The position numbers and the translations under genes were made by a program. Below, piece after piece: positions 1 through 11,647 of a DNA stretch of 40,927 nucleotides (position 1 is its first letter; every line of letters starts with the position of its first letter). Source of the stretch: Octopus bimaculoides (lineage: Eukaryota); NCBI RefSeq assembly GCF_001194135.2, contig NC_069000.1, positions 29,213,833 to 29,254,759 on the forward strand, given 5' to 3'. The notes beneath the pieces are model-generated. The model worked only from the letters and a program-made list of their open reading frames with translations. It did no database searches and had not been told where the DNA came from.

Positions 1-43
<43 letters not shown>

Positions 44-269
44 AAGTCATTGTTACTTCTGCTAAATATTAATATATACATATACACATATGTAAATACA
101 TTTGTGTGTGTGTGTGTGCGTACATATACACACATGGAGTGCAAGCATGCCTGTGTGGTTAAGAAGTTTGCTTCCCAACCACAAGGTTTCAGGTTTAGTC
201 CCACTGACATCAAGACAAGGAAACATACACATACAAATACATATAACATCTATAATATTCATCATCATC

Positions 270-480
270 ATCATTACTATTTAGCATCCACTTTCCATGT
301 TGGCATGAGTTAAGACAGTTTGACTGGAATTGGTAAGATAGAGAGCTGGACCAGGTTCCAGTCTAATTTTGGTTTGGTTTCCATGGCTAGATGCCCTGCC
401 AACCACTCCAAGATTGTAGTGGGTGCCTTTTATTGTACATGTCACCGGCAAGGATGCCCTTACATGTCACTGGCATGGGT
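270..480 (-). mobile_element. Decayed 3' tail of RTE-associated repeat, ending in (GAT)n
   Basis: Similar to the better preserved copies at 5157-5540 and 23455-23796; (cat)n at the left end. Confidence 0.6.
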
Positions 481-482
481 GC

Positions 483-527
<45 letters not shown>

Positions 528-588
528 CACTGAATTTATGACTATAATGCTAACACATTTTATATATTGATTGATTGGTTATACTGAC

Positions 589-741
589 TGTTTGATGTTT
601 ACATGTTCTCGTTCGGCTATTAACTTCTTGTCAAAATCTTGTATACAATATTGGAGAGTGTTTATTAGCTGTGTGTCCTGTTCCTGCCGTGTCTTCATCT
701 CCATTCTAAGACGAACATTGGCTTCATCGAGTCGCTGGCAT
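589..741 (-). CDS. OPTN/IKBKG-like: OPTN/NEMO-like exon G (CQRLDEANVRLRMEMK...DFDKKLIAEREHVNIK)
   Basis: Acceptor tttacaatag|A, phase 2, matches exon F. Donor is most likely CA|gtcagt (exon end 589); alternative CAT|gtaaac (exon end 603). Confidence 0.8.
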
Positions 742-783
742 CTATTGTAAAAAAAAAGTAGTAGTAATAATAACGATAATGAT

Positions 784-1640
784 TTCAAATTTTGGCACAA
801 GGCCAGTTATTTCAAGGTAGGGATAAGTCGATTATATCGTCTTCAGTCTTCAATTGGTACGTATTTTATCAAGTCTGAAAGGATGAAAGATAACCTCAGC
901 AGAATTTGAATTCAGAATGTAATAATAATAATAATAATCTTTTCTACTATAGGCACAAGGCCTGAAATTTGAGGGAGAGGTTAAGTTGATTACATCGACC
1001 CCAGTACTCAACTGGTACTTATTTTATCGACCCTGAAAGACAAAGTTAACCTCAGAGGAATTTGAACTCAACATAAAACCAGACAAAATACTGCTAAGCA
1101 TTTTGCCCAGCGTGCTAACGATTCTGCCAGCTTGCCATAATAATAATAATAATAATAATAATCCTTTCTACAAGAGGCACAAGGCCTCAGATTTGTGGAG
1201 AGGGGACTAGTTGATTACACTGACCCTAGTGTTTCACTGGTACTTAATTTATCAACTCTGAAAGGATGAAAAGCAAAGTCGACTTCGGTCGAATTTAAAC
1301 GCGGAACATAATGACAGGTGAAATACCACTAAGCATTTCATCCAGCCTGCTGACGACTCTGCCAGTTCACCCCCTTCATAATAACGATAATAGTAATAAT
1401 AATAATCCTTCTTACTAAAGGCACAAGGCTTGAAATTTTGGAGGCGAAGCCTAGTCAATTACATCGACCCCAGTGTTACCACAGAATATAGCTATGGGCA
1501 AAATGCCACTAAGCATTTAGCCCAGCATGGTAACAATTCTGCCAGCTCAGTGCCCAAATAATAATAAATCCTTTCTACAATAGGCACAAGGCCTGAAATT
1601 TTGGAGGAGCAGAGTACTGGTACTTTATTTTCTGACATAA
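784..1640 (-). mobile_element. Head-to-tail stack of ~3 near-complete plus partial SINE copies (family 1) separated by (AAT)n
   Basis: Recurrent blocks ggcacaaggcc...cgaccccag...ctgaaaggatgaaa...gaatttgaactca...ctgccagct, all in the same orientation. Confidence 0.8.
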
Positions 1641-2254
1641 CTCTTCCCAAAGGTAAATACACAGCAAGAAGTGTGTGATGTAATTTATAATAGAGAAGTG
1701 CACAATATTTGACAATATATCTGAACATTTTATATCAAAAAGACTGCAAATTTTAGGAACAATTAAAAGTAAACATTCTTAAAAAAAATATTCTAACTCT
1801 ACTGCACTTTCCGTCCTCAAGACACACGAGTATAAATATATTTTTGAGCTAACTAATGTCAGACTCTGGAGAAATGAACAAAATGATAGAATTCCATCAC
1901 ATTTACAAAAAAGCTTTTTGATTAAGTGTTCTATTTCCTGTTTTCTTTCTTTTTTTTTTTTTTTGTTCTTGAGTGTTACCAGTTATGAAAAAGCAAAAAT
2001 TGGGCTAAAAAGGAACACAGGATATTCCAGTTAAAATTTTGAATTTCTGTATTTCTGCATATTTTTCATTTTGAACCCAAAACAGACATACTGTTGAAAT
2101 ATTGTTCAGTTCAATAAACAGAGTCAATTTCTATTTATTACAAATCCTATCACATTCTTTTTATTATTATTATTATTATTATTATCACTATTATTTATTA
2201 TAATTATTATATCAAATGTTAAAATCTTAGAAAAATGTGATATCTCCAGTATCA

Positions 2255-2520
2255 AAAGCATTCTACTGAGAATTCAGTGCAGATGGGAAGTGCAGATGTT
2301 CAAATGAAAGATGATAGCATTCTGAAAATTCTTTTGTATGGCCAACAAGTAGAGGGACACCTTGATAAGGGAAGACCCATCCTTAGCTACAAGGATAAAC
2401 TGAAGCAATCACTGAAGTCTCTCCAGCTTAATTTGACTTTTTGGGAAAGTCATTGATCTGCATGGCGTAGAATGTGTCATGATGCATCAAAACAATTTGA
2501 ATTGAAGAAACAGAACAATA
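2255..2520 (+). mobile_element. RTE-clade LINE ORF2 C-terminal remnant
   Basis: Translates to ILKILLYGQQVEGHLDKGRPILSYKDKLKQSLK...WE...SAWRRMCH, matching the RTE/BovB-type LLYG...GRP...YKD motif. Confidence 0.65.
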
Positions 2521-2816
2521 AAAAAAAATCATATCCTGCAATCAATGGACAGACTTTCCCAACTGCAGGGAAGATCAAAATCATCAGTGTCCCCATTATG
2601 ATACCATAGCAAAATCTATATCTAGACTCAAATTACATTAACACATCCATTACAAATAGATGCAACTGCTTTTATTTTTGAAGTTGTTTTTTCTTTGTCT
2701 CCCTCTTTTTTCTTTCTTTTAAATCCATTCCTTCAAACACTCAACACCAAGAGTGACTCTTCATCATCATCATCATCATCATTATTATTATTATTATGAA
2801 GTAGTAGTAGTAATAG

Positions 2817-3012
2817 TTTCAAATTTTGGCCAGAGACCAGCAGGTTTGGAGAAGAGGGCAAATCAATTACATCAACCTCAGTACTCAACTGGTACTTATT
2901 TCACCAACCTTGAAAGGATGAACAGCAAACCTCAATGGAATTTGAACTCAGGACATAGAGATGGATGCAAAGCCACTAAACATTTTGTCTGGTTCTGCCA
3001 GCTCACCCCCTT
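2817..3012 (-). mobile_element. SINE family 1 copy
   Basis: Same blocks as 784-1640; (AAT)n adjacent. Confidence 0.7.
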
Positions 3013-3043
3013 AGCTGCTAAAATAATAATAATAATAATAATA

Positions 3044-3597
3044 ATGCCTGGATGCAGTACCAAGCAGTGGCTCTCATGACTTCTGATCTTAATTGATTGG
3101 AAGTGTTATCATGTACATGGTTTTGTCTTGGTATAAAAGATGGGCTACAGCAAATATTCTGCTCAATACTGCAGATTTGCTTTTCAGTTTTTCTCCTTGA
3201 GCAGTTGAGCATGTCCCTTGGTGGCTGATGATATGTGCATCTCTGATCATGAGCAGAAGTAGTGGGGGAGCATCATAGCCATGTGTTGAGAGGAATTCTT
3301 TGGGGGTTTGAATAATTCACCTTTGGAAACATGGGTGTTTTGCTCAACATCCTTAAACGAACCTTATTCAGGGACCTTTTGAGCGGGATGGGCTACTCAA
3401 CCTGAAGAAAATTCTATCTGGGCCCCACCTGCGAGGTCATGCGCTGTTTATCTTGATATGAGATCACCATATCGCGCAGACATGGTTGTGATGCATGTGC
3501 CTGGTGTACTCTTATCAGACGAGTAGTCATGGTGAGTATACTGGGCTTCGTATATTTTACCCTGTTGTCACTTTAATGGCATGCACTGCTCTCTCAC
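3044..3597. repeat. Interspersed repeat of unassigned class between two (AAT)n tracts
   Basis: GC-richer non-coding block bounded by (AAT)n. I recall it as a common octopus repeat, but cannot verify this. Confidence 0.4.
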
Positions 3598-3649
<52 letters not shown>

Positions 3650-3650
<1 letters not shown>

Positions 3651-3775
3651 TCTTTCAAATTGTGGTAGAAGGCCAGCAATTTTGAAAGAAGGGGCAAGTC
3701 AATTATATCAACCCCAGGACTTGATTGGCAATTTATTTTATCAACCCTACAAAGATGAACAGCAAATAATAAGGA
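3650..3775 (-). mobile_element. 5'-truncated SINE family 1 copy
   Basis: tttcaaatt...ggccagcaattt...atcaacccca blocks next to a long (AAT)n. Confidence 0.6.
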
Positions 3776-3789
3776 GAATAAAAGGAAGT

Positions 3790-4420
3790 GCTGATACATG
3801 ACAAAAGGATTTAAGATCAATGCCACCTAGAGGAAAATGGCATTTTGTCTTAAATATTTTGAAACAAAAGATCAAAGTGGGTGTATGAGGAAAGCTGCCT
3901 ACAGCTCAATCAACAGCAACTGTTCAGAACAAATTAGAAACTGTTCTATAAGACTCTGGATGGAGGAAATAGGGAAGAGGCAGAACCAGCTGATCCTAAC
4001 ATCATTTCGGAGCAAAATCTGATCAGAGGAAGTCAGAAACAATAAAAAGCCTTGGCTCCAAGATGTGGAAGAAGAATTCAATGACATGAAGGTCAAAGAG
4101 TACTGCAGGAAAAAGTTGACAAACTTATCAATGGCTCAGATTGACCATAAGAAGGCATACAAGATGGTTCCTCACTCATGGATTCTAAAATGCCTGGAGA
4201 CATTCGGGGCAGCTAAAAATATGATAAACTCAATCAGAAGCAGTATGAGGAATTGGAAGATTGTTTAGACAGCAGGTGGAAGAGAAATTGGACAAGTCAA
4301 CATCAGGAGGTGTATCTTTCAAGGAGACTGTGTCACCCCTACTGTTTATTATTAGCATGTTACTACCATTCCTGGTATTAAAGATGAAAGCTGGTAATAA
4401 ACTGCAAAAGAGACTTCAAG
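3790..4420 (+). mobile_element. Decayed RT fragment, R4/Dong-like (RLE-type) non-LTR retrotransposon
   Basis: NLSMAQIDHKKAYKMVPHSWILKCLETFG...SMRNWK...QVNIRRCIFQGD matches the NLSMAWIDYKKAYD.VPHSWI...IRRGIFQGDS pattern. Confidence 0.7.
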
Positions 4421-4766
4421 CTTTACAGAGCTAGCAGAGGTCCTTCGGACTCCCTTACTCAGGCCAAACAAATTTTCTCACATGACACATAACATCCAGA
4501 TGTGCTGTTCTTGAACTGAAGAGAGAGTGTAAAGTAGGCAGCCACGGAGTACAACATTATATAAGATGAGCATATAAAAAAAATGAAGATTTCTTTTGAA
4601 TATACCATAAGAGTGTAAAAACTAAATAGATCCAAGGTGAATGGGATGAAAATTGATCAAAGGTGTCAATACTGTAAGTGTGGTATGCTACTGCACAAGA
4701 ATTGTAGAATGGACAAAAGAGGGATTGGACAGCCTGGGCAGGAAAATATTTTAAGGTTCTGCTTAC

Positions 4767-4885
4767 TGTTCAGTTTTAATTGCTTGGATTTCTCTCAAAG
4801 ATGCAGTCTCTTCTTTATTCTCTCTTGCTTCATCAAGCAAGATCATCACTTGGCGCTTCAGTGCTTCTTGATCAACAGCCATTGA
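4767..4885 (-). CDS. OPTN/IKBKG-like: OPTN/NEMO-like exon F (SMAVDQEALKRQVMILLDEARENKEETASLREIQAIKTE), absent from the ORF track
   Basis: Acceptor tttttgccag|TCA; donor CA|gtaagc. Phase 0 in and phase 2 out, exactly bridging exons E and G. Confidence 0.88.
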
Positions 4886-5059
4886 CTGGCAAAAACAATA
4901 ACAACAACAGCTAAATTAATATTGAAAGTAACGCCTACTGCAAAAGTGCAAGCTTTGGAAAAGCTCAAACTATTCTTTGCACTTGGAAGTCATTTTGCAC
5001 ATAAGCAATTATAATATTTTACCATTCTTACAGAATTGTCAGCATATGAAATATTTATC

Positions 5060-5108
<49 letters not shown>

Positions 5109-5156
5109 AGCATGGAAGGCAGATGTTAAATGATCATATATATATATATATATGTA

Positions 5157-5540
5157 TCATCATCATCATCATCATCATCGTCCGCTTTCCATGCTAGCAT
5201 GGGTTGGACGATTTGACTGAGGACTGGTGCAACCGGATGGCTACACCAGGCTCCAATCTAATTTGGCAGAGTTTCTACAGCTGGATGCCCTTCCTAACGC
5301 CAACCACTCAGAGAGTGTAGTGGGTGCTTTTACGTGTCACCCGCACGAAAACGGCCATGCTCGAAATGGTGTCTTTTATGTGCCACTCGCACAAGAGCCA
5401 GTCCAGGGGCACTGGCAACGATCTCACTCGAAAACCCTACAAGGCCAGTCAGGCGGTACTGGCAACGGTCACGCTCAGGATGGTACATCTTATGTGCCAC
5501 CCGCACAAGAGCCAGTCCAGCGAGATCGTTGCCAGTGCCC
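5157..5540 (-). mobile_element. Well-preserved 3' UTR of an RTE LINE (or derived SINE) with (GAT)n tail, inserted in (AT)n
   Basis: Near-identical to 23455-23796, which is attached to RTE coding sequence. Confidence 0.85.
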
Positions 5541-6349
5541 ATATATATATATTTCCAACCATGAATATTCAATTGTTCAATCAACTGAACTACTAGATAA
5601 CTAAATTAGTATGCAAGTGGCTGAATATTCCGCAGACAAAAGTACAATCAATGTAATCCTTAGGTAGGGTTGTCAACATGGCAGTGTGTAACAAGAGACG
5701 TTTAAATTACAGGGACAATGCACCCAATGGGCTTCTACACAGTTTTTGTTCACCCAATTTCATTCACAATGAAATTCTGTAAGACACTTTTCCAAGATAT
5801 TCAGCAGTAGATTCAAACCAGGGACCTCATTATAGCAATATATTTTACACACACTACTCCAAATAAAAACTGGATCAATCAATAACCTGTCCAGCTGATA
5901 TTAAATGTAAAATGATGATATATGCATACACACATAATACATATAGAAAACCTTGAAGCATTTGTGAGTAAATTTGATAAATGTAGAGGAATAGTTACAA
6001 ATTTGACCCCTACACTGATTGGTCTTCAAAGTCTAAATATATCCATGACACAACTGTCTGGAGACAATGGCAGGCCTATCAAATTACAGAGAGATACCTT
6101 TGCTGCAGTCTGCCATGGCCCACCTTGCTTTGGTGCATGAAGGGCAATGATTGCCAGAGCCACTGTTTTAACAACTGATATTTTTAGTGCTACTAGGCTA
6201 CCTCAAATCATCCTGAGAAGTGAGAGGCTAGCATTCAAGCTACTTAAGACTTAATCATTAAATGAACTCTGCTATTACATGGTTTTATAGGAAAGGAACT
6301 GAATACCACAGGTATCCAGCCTCTGTGTGTTTGTGAGAGTGTATATATA

Positions 6350-6570
6350 TCATCATCATCATCATCCTCATTTAACATTCATTGTCCATGCTGGCATGGG
6401 TTGGACAGTTTGACCAGGGCTGGCCAGCTGGAAGGCTGCACCAGACTCCAATCTGATTTGGCAGAGGTTCTACAGCTGGATACCCTTCCTAACACCAACC
6501 ACTCCAAGAGCGTAATGGGTACTTTTACATGTCACTGGCACAGACACCATTTGCATGACACCATGGGTCT
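6350..6570 (-). mobile_element. Older RTE 3' tail copy
   Basis: catcatc...ccatgctggcatgggttggac...ctacagctggat blocks. Confidence 0.65.
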
Positions 6571-6604
6571 TCTTCTCAGATATATATATATATATATGCA
6601 CACA

Positions 6605-6960
6605 CAGATGTAGACATGGGTATGTGGTGAAGAAGTTTGCTTCTCAACAAAAATGGTTTCTGGTTCAGTTCAACTGCACAGCGCCTTGGACAACTGCCTT
6701 TTACTACAGCCCTAAACCAACCACACCTTTACAGGGGTAGGTTTAGTTGACAGAAACTGAAAGACCAGTGTGTGTGTGTGTGTGTGTGTGCGCGCACGCG
6801 TGTGCGTGTGTGCCCCCTATGTTTACCTGTCTTAACATTGCATGGTAGTTATGAACAAGTGTCATACAAGGAGTGTCACTAGTTTCTACGTTTGGCCTTG
6901 ACAAAATATTTCCTTGCTTAGATACAATGGTGGTTGGCAACAGGAAAGACATCCAGTAGT
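6605..6960. mobile_element. SINE family 2 head fragment plus adjacent related repeat with (GT)n
   Basis: gtggtgaagaagtttgcttc...ggttcagtt head resembles the 5' end of 30331-31148. Confidence 0.5.
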
Positions 6961-7208
6961 AGCTTTGATAAATTCTTTCTGAGTCAAAGCAAGCATGGAA
7001 AAGTGGATGTTAGAAGAACAACAACAATGCTGCTACCACCAACTATGATACATATTTAATTCTTTTTTTATATTAAACATTTTTTTTTATTAACCAATAA
7101 AATCTTTTTTTTCCTGCATATTGATAAATTAGGTGTTACAGGGTTATAAAAATATTTTTTCCAGACAACATAAGAAAATGTAAATATTACAATTGCAAGG
7201 AAAATATA

Positions 7209-7402
7209 GGTTTCAAATTTTGGCAAAAGGCCAGCAATTTCGTGGGGAGGGGATAAGTTGATTACATCAACTCCAGTGTTCAAATGGTACTGGAAAGGCA
7301 AAGTCAACCTCAGTGGAATTTGAACTGAGAACATTAAAATAGATGAAATGCCACTAAGCATTTTGACTGGCATGCTAATAATTTTGCTAGCTTCTTGCCT
7401 TA
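7209..7402 (-). mobile_element. SINE family 1 copy
   Basis: Full set of family 1 blocks. Confidence 0.75.
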
Positions 7403-7616
7403 ATTGCAAGGAAAATATTGAGTTGAGCTCATTTAAACTAAGTATGAACATGCCATAAGTTTAGAGAAGGAAAGAAACAGGAATCCTTAAATTCAGAGAT
7501 AAGTGAAGAGAATTGAAAACACATTGTGTACTCAGCTTAACAGACTTTATTTTGGCTCTACAACATTCCCTACAATTAGGGTACTTCTATATTTAAAAGA
7601 TGAGGAATTATGTACA

Positions 7617-7676
7617 TTATTTACATTTGACAGATATTTGACAAGATGAGGACAAATATCCGTCAAATGTAAATAA
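7617..7676. repeat. 24-bp-stem inverted repeat with 12-nt loop
   Basis: ttatttacatttgacagatatttg / caaatatccgtcaaatgtaaataa, 23/24 complementary. Confidence 0.85.
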
Positions 7677-7704
7677 ATTGGGGTACTTGTATATCATCTA
7701 CGTG

Positions 7705-7950
7705 AGGGCACATGGCCTAGTGGTTAGCATGTTGCACATGCAATCACAAGATCATGGTTTGAATTCCTGGACTGGGTGGTGCATTGTGTTCTTGAGCAAA
7801 ACCGTTCATCTCATGTTGCTTTGTGATCACTTCAACACTCAACATGTGGTACACCATGCACCTGTTCAGGCAACGTCAATTTGATGGAAGGAGTGAGTTA
7901 ATGTACAGCACATATATTTAATCACTATAAACAAATCATTTGTGCTGGTC
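7705..7950 (+). mobile_element. tRNA-derived SINE (family 3)
   Basis: A box tggcctagtggttag; B box ggtttgaattcc. Confidence 0.6.
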
Positions 7951-8160
7951 ATTCAGCTACCATCATACCATCTCCACCCAAACCTCAGTCTTTCTTTTAT
8001 CACCCCCCTACTGTATTTCATCAAGCACAGACTCAACACTAACTACTTTTCCCAATCCTTCCTTCCCAGAACATCAAATTCTCAGGAATTCCAATTCCAG
8101 ACAACATTTTCCCCAACAGACACTGACTTAACAGATATTTAAACGGAATCTCTTTTATAT
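7950..8160 (+). mobile_element. CR1/Jockey-group LINE ORF2 C-terminal remnant
   Basis: RLNTNYFSQSFLPRTS...FSP resembles the SFFPRT..LWN.LP terminal motif. Confidence 0.4.
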
Positions 8161-8464
8161 GAATCTCACTTATTTGAAAGGGCATCCAAAGGTTTGTTGG
8201 CACTGCCCCTTCCTGATTAAGCTAAAGTAAAAAATATAAAAGAGGAAACTTCTATGTGTACATCTGATCAGCTAAAATAGTAGTTAAATCATATCCTGTT
8301 GTCTTAAAAGTAGAAGGACTCATTTGATAATATAATCCTAAATACACTGTATTAGAAATAAAAGTTAGTATGGTCACAGCTAGAATGCCTTTGATCAGAA
8401 GTTTGCTCCCTCAGAGCTGGTATGGGGCTATCCTATCCTTTATGCACACAAACAAGAATATTAC

Positions 8465-8608
8465 CTTCACAATATTCAAATCTGGGATAGTTAACTGTAA
8501 TCTCTCAATTTCTTCATTATGTTTTTTTTGAATATTCTGTATATTTTCCAAATATTTTACTCTCTCTTGTTCCAATTTAGAATCTAGAGTATCTTGCATG
8601 GTTTTAAT
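8465..8608 (-). CDS. OPTN/IKBKG-like: OPTN/NEMO-like exon E (IKTMQDTLDSKLEQERVKY...LNIVK)
   Basis: Acceptor ctcatttaatag|ATT; donor AAG|gtaata; phase 0-0; heptad-like. Confidence 0.85.
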
Positions 8609-8744
8609 CTATTAAATGAGAAAAAAAAATAACATTAAATCAAAAACAAAATAAAAACAAGAAAAACCAAGGAAGGACAACAGAACATTATTCTATAATT
8701 AGGATATAATTATCTTTTTTTTTCCTTTTACTTGTTTCAGACTG

Positions 8745-8860
8745 TGGCTGTGCTAGGAACTGCCTTGAAGGATTTTAGTCAAACAAATCAACTCCAGGAC
8801 TTTTTTAAAGCCTAGTACTTATTCTATCAGTCACTTTTGCCAAACTGCTAAGCAGGCTGT
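8745..8860 (-). mobile_element. 3' fragment of SINE family 2
   Basis: Reverse complement resembles 30990-31148. Confidence 0.55.
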
Positions 8861-8971
8861 CAAGCAGTAGTGGGGGAGACACAAAGACACACACAGAGAT
8901 ATATAAAATTTAATCGTCATTGCAAGAAATAAGAGTTAAAACCCTTAAGGCTGCATGAAGCACACAATGTA

Positions 8972-9305
8972 TATTGGGTTGGCAAAAAAAGTGTAGTGTT
9001 TTTCAGTTGGTGATGTTTAATCACATGATCTATTTTATCACATGACAGGAACATACGACATAGTACAGATTTTCTGAAAGAAGAGATCTCAGCACATTTT
9101 TCTATTTGAATATTGTCTGGATTATTTACTTCTACTGTTCTTACAATGAAATTGAAAATGAAGGAAAATGAAATACATTTTTGTCATTTAATGGTTTTTT
9201 TTGTTGGGTTTTTTTTCAGAAAGTAAAAAACACTGTACAAACAGCAAAGAAGAAAAGTGCTGTTTATGGAGATGGTGTCATAGCTAAGAGTACTGTTTGA
9301 AATTG
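8972..9305 (+). mobile_element. 5' fragment of a mariner element (left TIR plus HTH start)
   Basis: tattgggttggcaaaaa TIR-like start; MKENEIHFCHLMVFF...KKKSAVYGDGVIAKSTV*NW resembles a mariner transposase N-terminus. Confidence 0.65.
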
Positions 9306-10864
9306 GCCCTGTTGGAGTTATTTCCATACCTAATCATTATATTTTGTAGTAGGGGTTCTGAATGAGAGGGGAAGATGAAAGACAACCAACAAAAATGGCC
9401 ATGCAAAAGTTTTCACCCACCTCACATAAACCAATCAAGATACAGTGTTTCAAAACAGAAAAATGTCTGTAATGAAAATTTATTACATAATGTTTGTTTC
9501 AAGAAGTTCCTGTACATTGTTAATATTTCATGTGACTTCCCTTAGCTTGAATAATTGCTTCAATGTACCTGGGAAGAGATGCATACAAATCCTTCACCAT
9601 CTTCACAAGTATGAGATGCCATTCTCTGTGGCTGAGCTCTCACAACTCATCAAGATTGCATGAATTCTTCTGACGAACTCTTCTCTTTAGTTGTGTCTAC
9701 ATTTGCTCGATGATATTTAAGTCAGGGCTCTGAGCTGGCCAATCTTTTAATATGGTAACACCTTCATCAGACAGACTCTGTTGTGTTGTACACGATCTAT
9801 GGCATGGAGTTCCATCATGCTAAAAAAAGTCTCACTTTCATCCAAGTCTGGTATCAAATTGTCCTTCAGCAACTGGATGTATTTGGCACTATTCAAGTTA
9901 CTGTCAATTTTAACCGACTTTCTTGAACCATCACTTTTTATGTATTCCCAAAGAGTCAGACTCTTACCCCCAAACTTCACTGTTTTTGTCGTGTAACATG
10001 GGTCGTTTCGCTATCCTGGAGGCCTTTTGAGAAATTCTCACTTATTAGAAAGTGAAACAACCCACATTACACAACAAAAACAGTGAAGTTTGGGAGTAAA
10101 AGAGTTTGATGCTTTGGGGATATACAAAAAGTGATGGTACAAGAAAGTTGGTTAAAATTGACAGTAACTTGAATAGTGCCAAATACATCCAATTGCTGCA
10201 GGACAATTTGACACCAGACTTGGATGAAAGTGAGAGTTTTCAGCATGATGAAACTCCATGACACAGATCATGTGCAACACAACAGAATCTGGCTGGTGAA
10301 GGAGTTACAATATTAAAAGGTTGACCAGCTCAGAGCCCTGACTTAAATATCATCGAGCAAATGTAGACACAACTGAAAAGAAGAGTTCATCAGAAGAATC
10401 CATGCAATCTTGAAGAGTTGTGAGAGCTCAGCCACAGAGAATGGCATCTCATACTTATGAAGATGGTGAAGGATTTGTACACATCTCTTCCCAGGTACAT
10501 TGAAGCAATTATTCAAGATAAGGGAAGCCACATGAAATATTAACAATGTACAGGAACTTCTTGAAATGAACATTATGTAATAAATTTTCATTACAGGTAT
10601 TTTTCTGTTTTGAAACACTGTATCTTGATTGGTTTATGTGAGGTAGGTGAAAACTTTTGCATGGCCATTTTTGTTGGTTGTCTTGCATCTTCCCCTTTCA
10701 TTCAGAACCCCTACTACAAAATATAATGATTAGGTATGGAAATAACTCCAACAGGGTCAATGTTTCATTTGTAAAAAACACAATGTGAAACATCCACTTA
10801 CAAGTTGGCAATTAGTAGAAATTTACAACAGTTTAAAGTGACCAAAGACTTTTGCACAGTATGT
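9303..10864. mobile_element. Tc1-like element 3' half duplicated as a foldback (arms 9303-10012 and 10051-10760); right TIR-like end near 10850-10864
   Basis: Both arms encode VKFGG...NSAKYIQLL...QHD...WPAQSPDLNIIE, with 35 residues between D and E by hand count. Terminal acttttgcacagta resembles a Tc1 TIR. Confidence 0.88.
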
Positions 10865-11049
10865 GGTTAATAATATTTATTATGCTATTTCACTTCATAT
10901 GTAAATCTTCTCTTAGGTATGTGATTTTTGTGCATACCAGCACATGGTTTTACAAGCCATGAACATATAAGTCATGGACTGGCTAGGTGACTTGCGTTCA
11001 GCCCTGGAGGGTACATGATGTTAACAAACCACAAAAATAGAGCATTTAC

Positions 11050-11286
11050 CTTTTTCTCTAATTCATTATTCTGCATCCTCAAATCATTCACGAGTAACCG
11101 CTCAATACTTAATTGATTCATCATACTCTTATAAAATGCATCATCTGAATAATTGCCAAGCTGACTGTTATCGTTTATGAGATTGGAGAACGTCTCATCA
11201 GTATTTGATCCATAGTTTTCCAACTTGGAACTTAGATCTGTTAGGTCTTCAGAACTAGATTCCTGTTTAGTTTGCACCAGAAGAGT
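11050..11286 (-). CDS. OPTN/IKBKG-like: OPTN/NEMO-like exon D (TLLVQTKQESSSED...NNELEKK)
   Basis: Acceptor ccttttcag|ACT; donor AAG|gtaaat; phase 0-0; 237 bp open. Confidence 0.85.
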
Positions 11287-11647
11287 CTGAAAAGGAAGAA
11301 AAACCAAAACAACATAACACATGCAAAGAAAGACAATGTAACATTAAATAGTCCCTGCACAAACACATACATACTTCCTTCTCCACACAATAATAGATTG
11401 CACGTTTGTATGAATTACTGAAATATTTTGTTGCTGTTTAGTCCCACATCAGCCTAGATTGAAAATTATGATCAAAGGCATTTCAGACATGACCATCTCA
11501 TTTTTTAGAGTTATGTCTAATACTACATTCTCTAACATGATCTTTCCTTAAGACAGCAAGATTTAATATGAGGGAGATTTGACTGTTGTTTCCAGTAGAT
11601 TGACCAACTCTAGAGAGTCTTCCTTGTTGGAATATTTTAGATAGATA

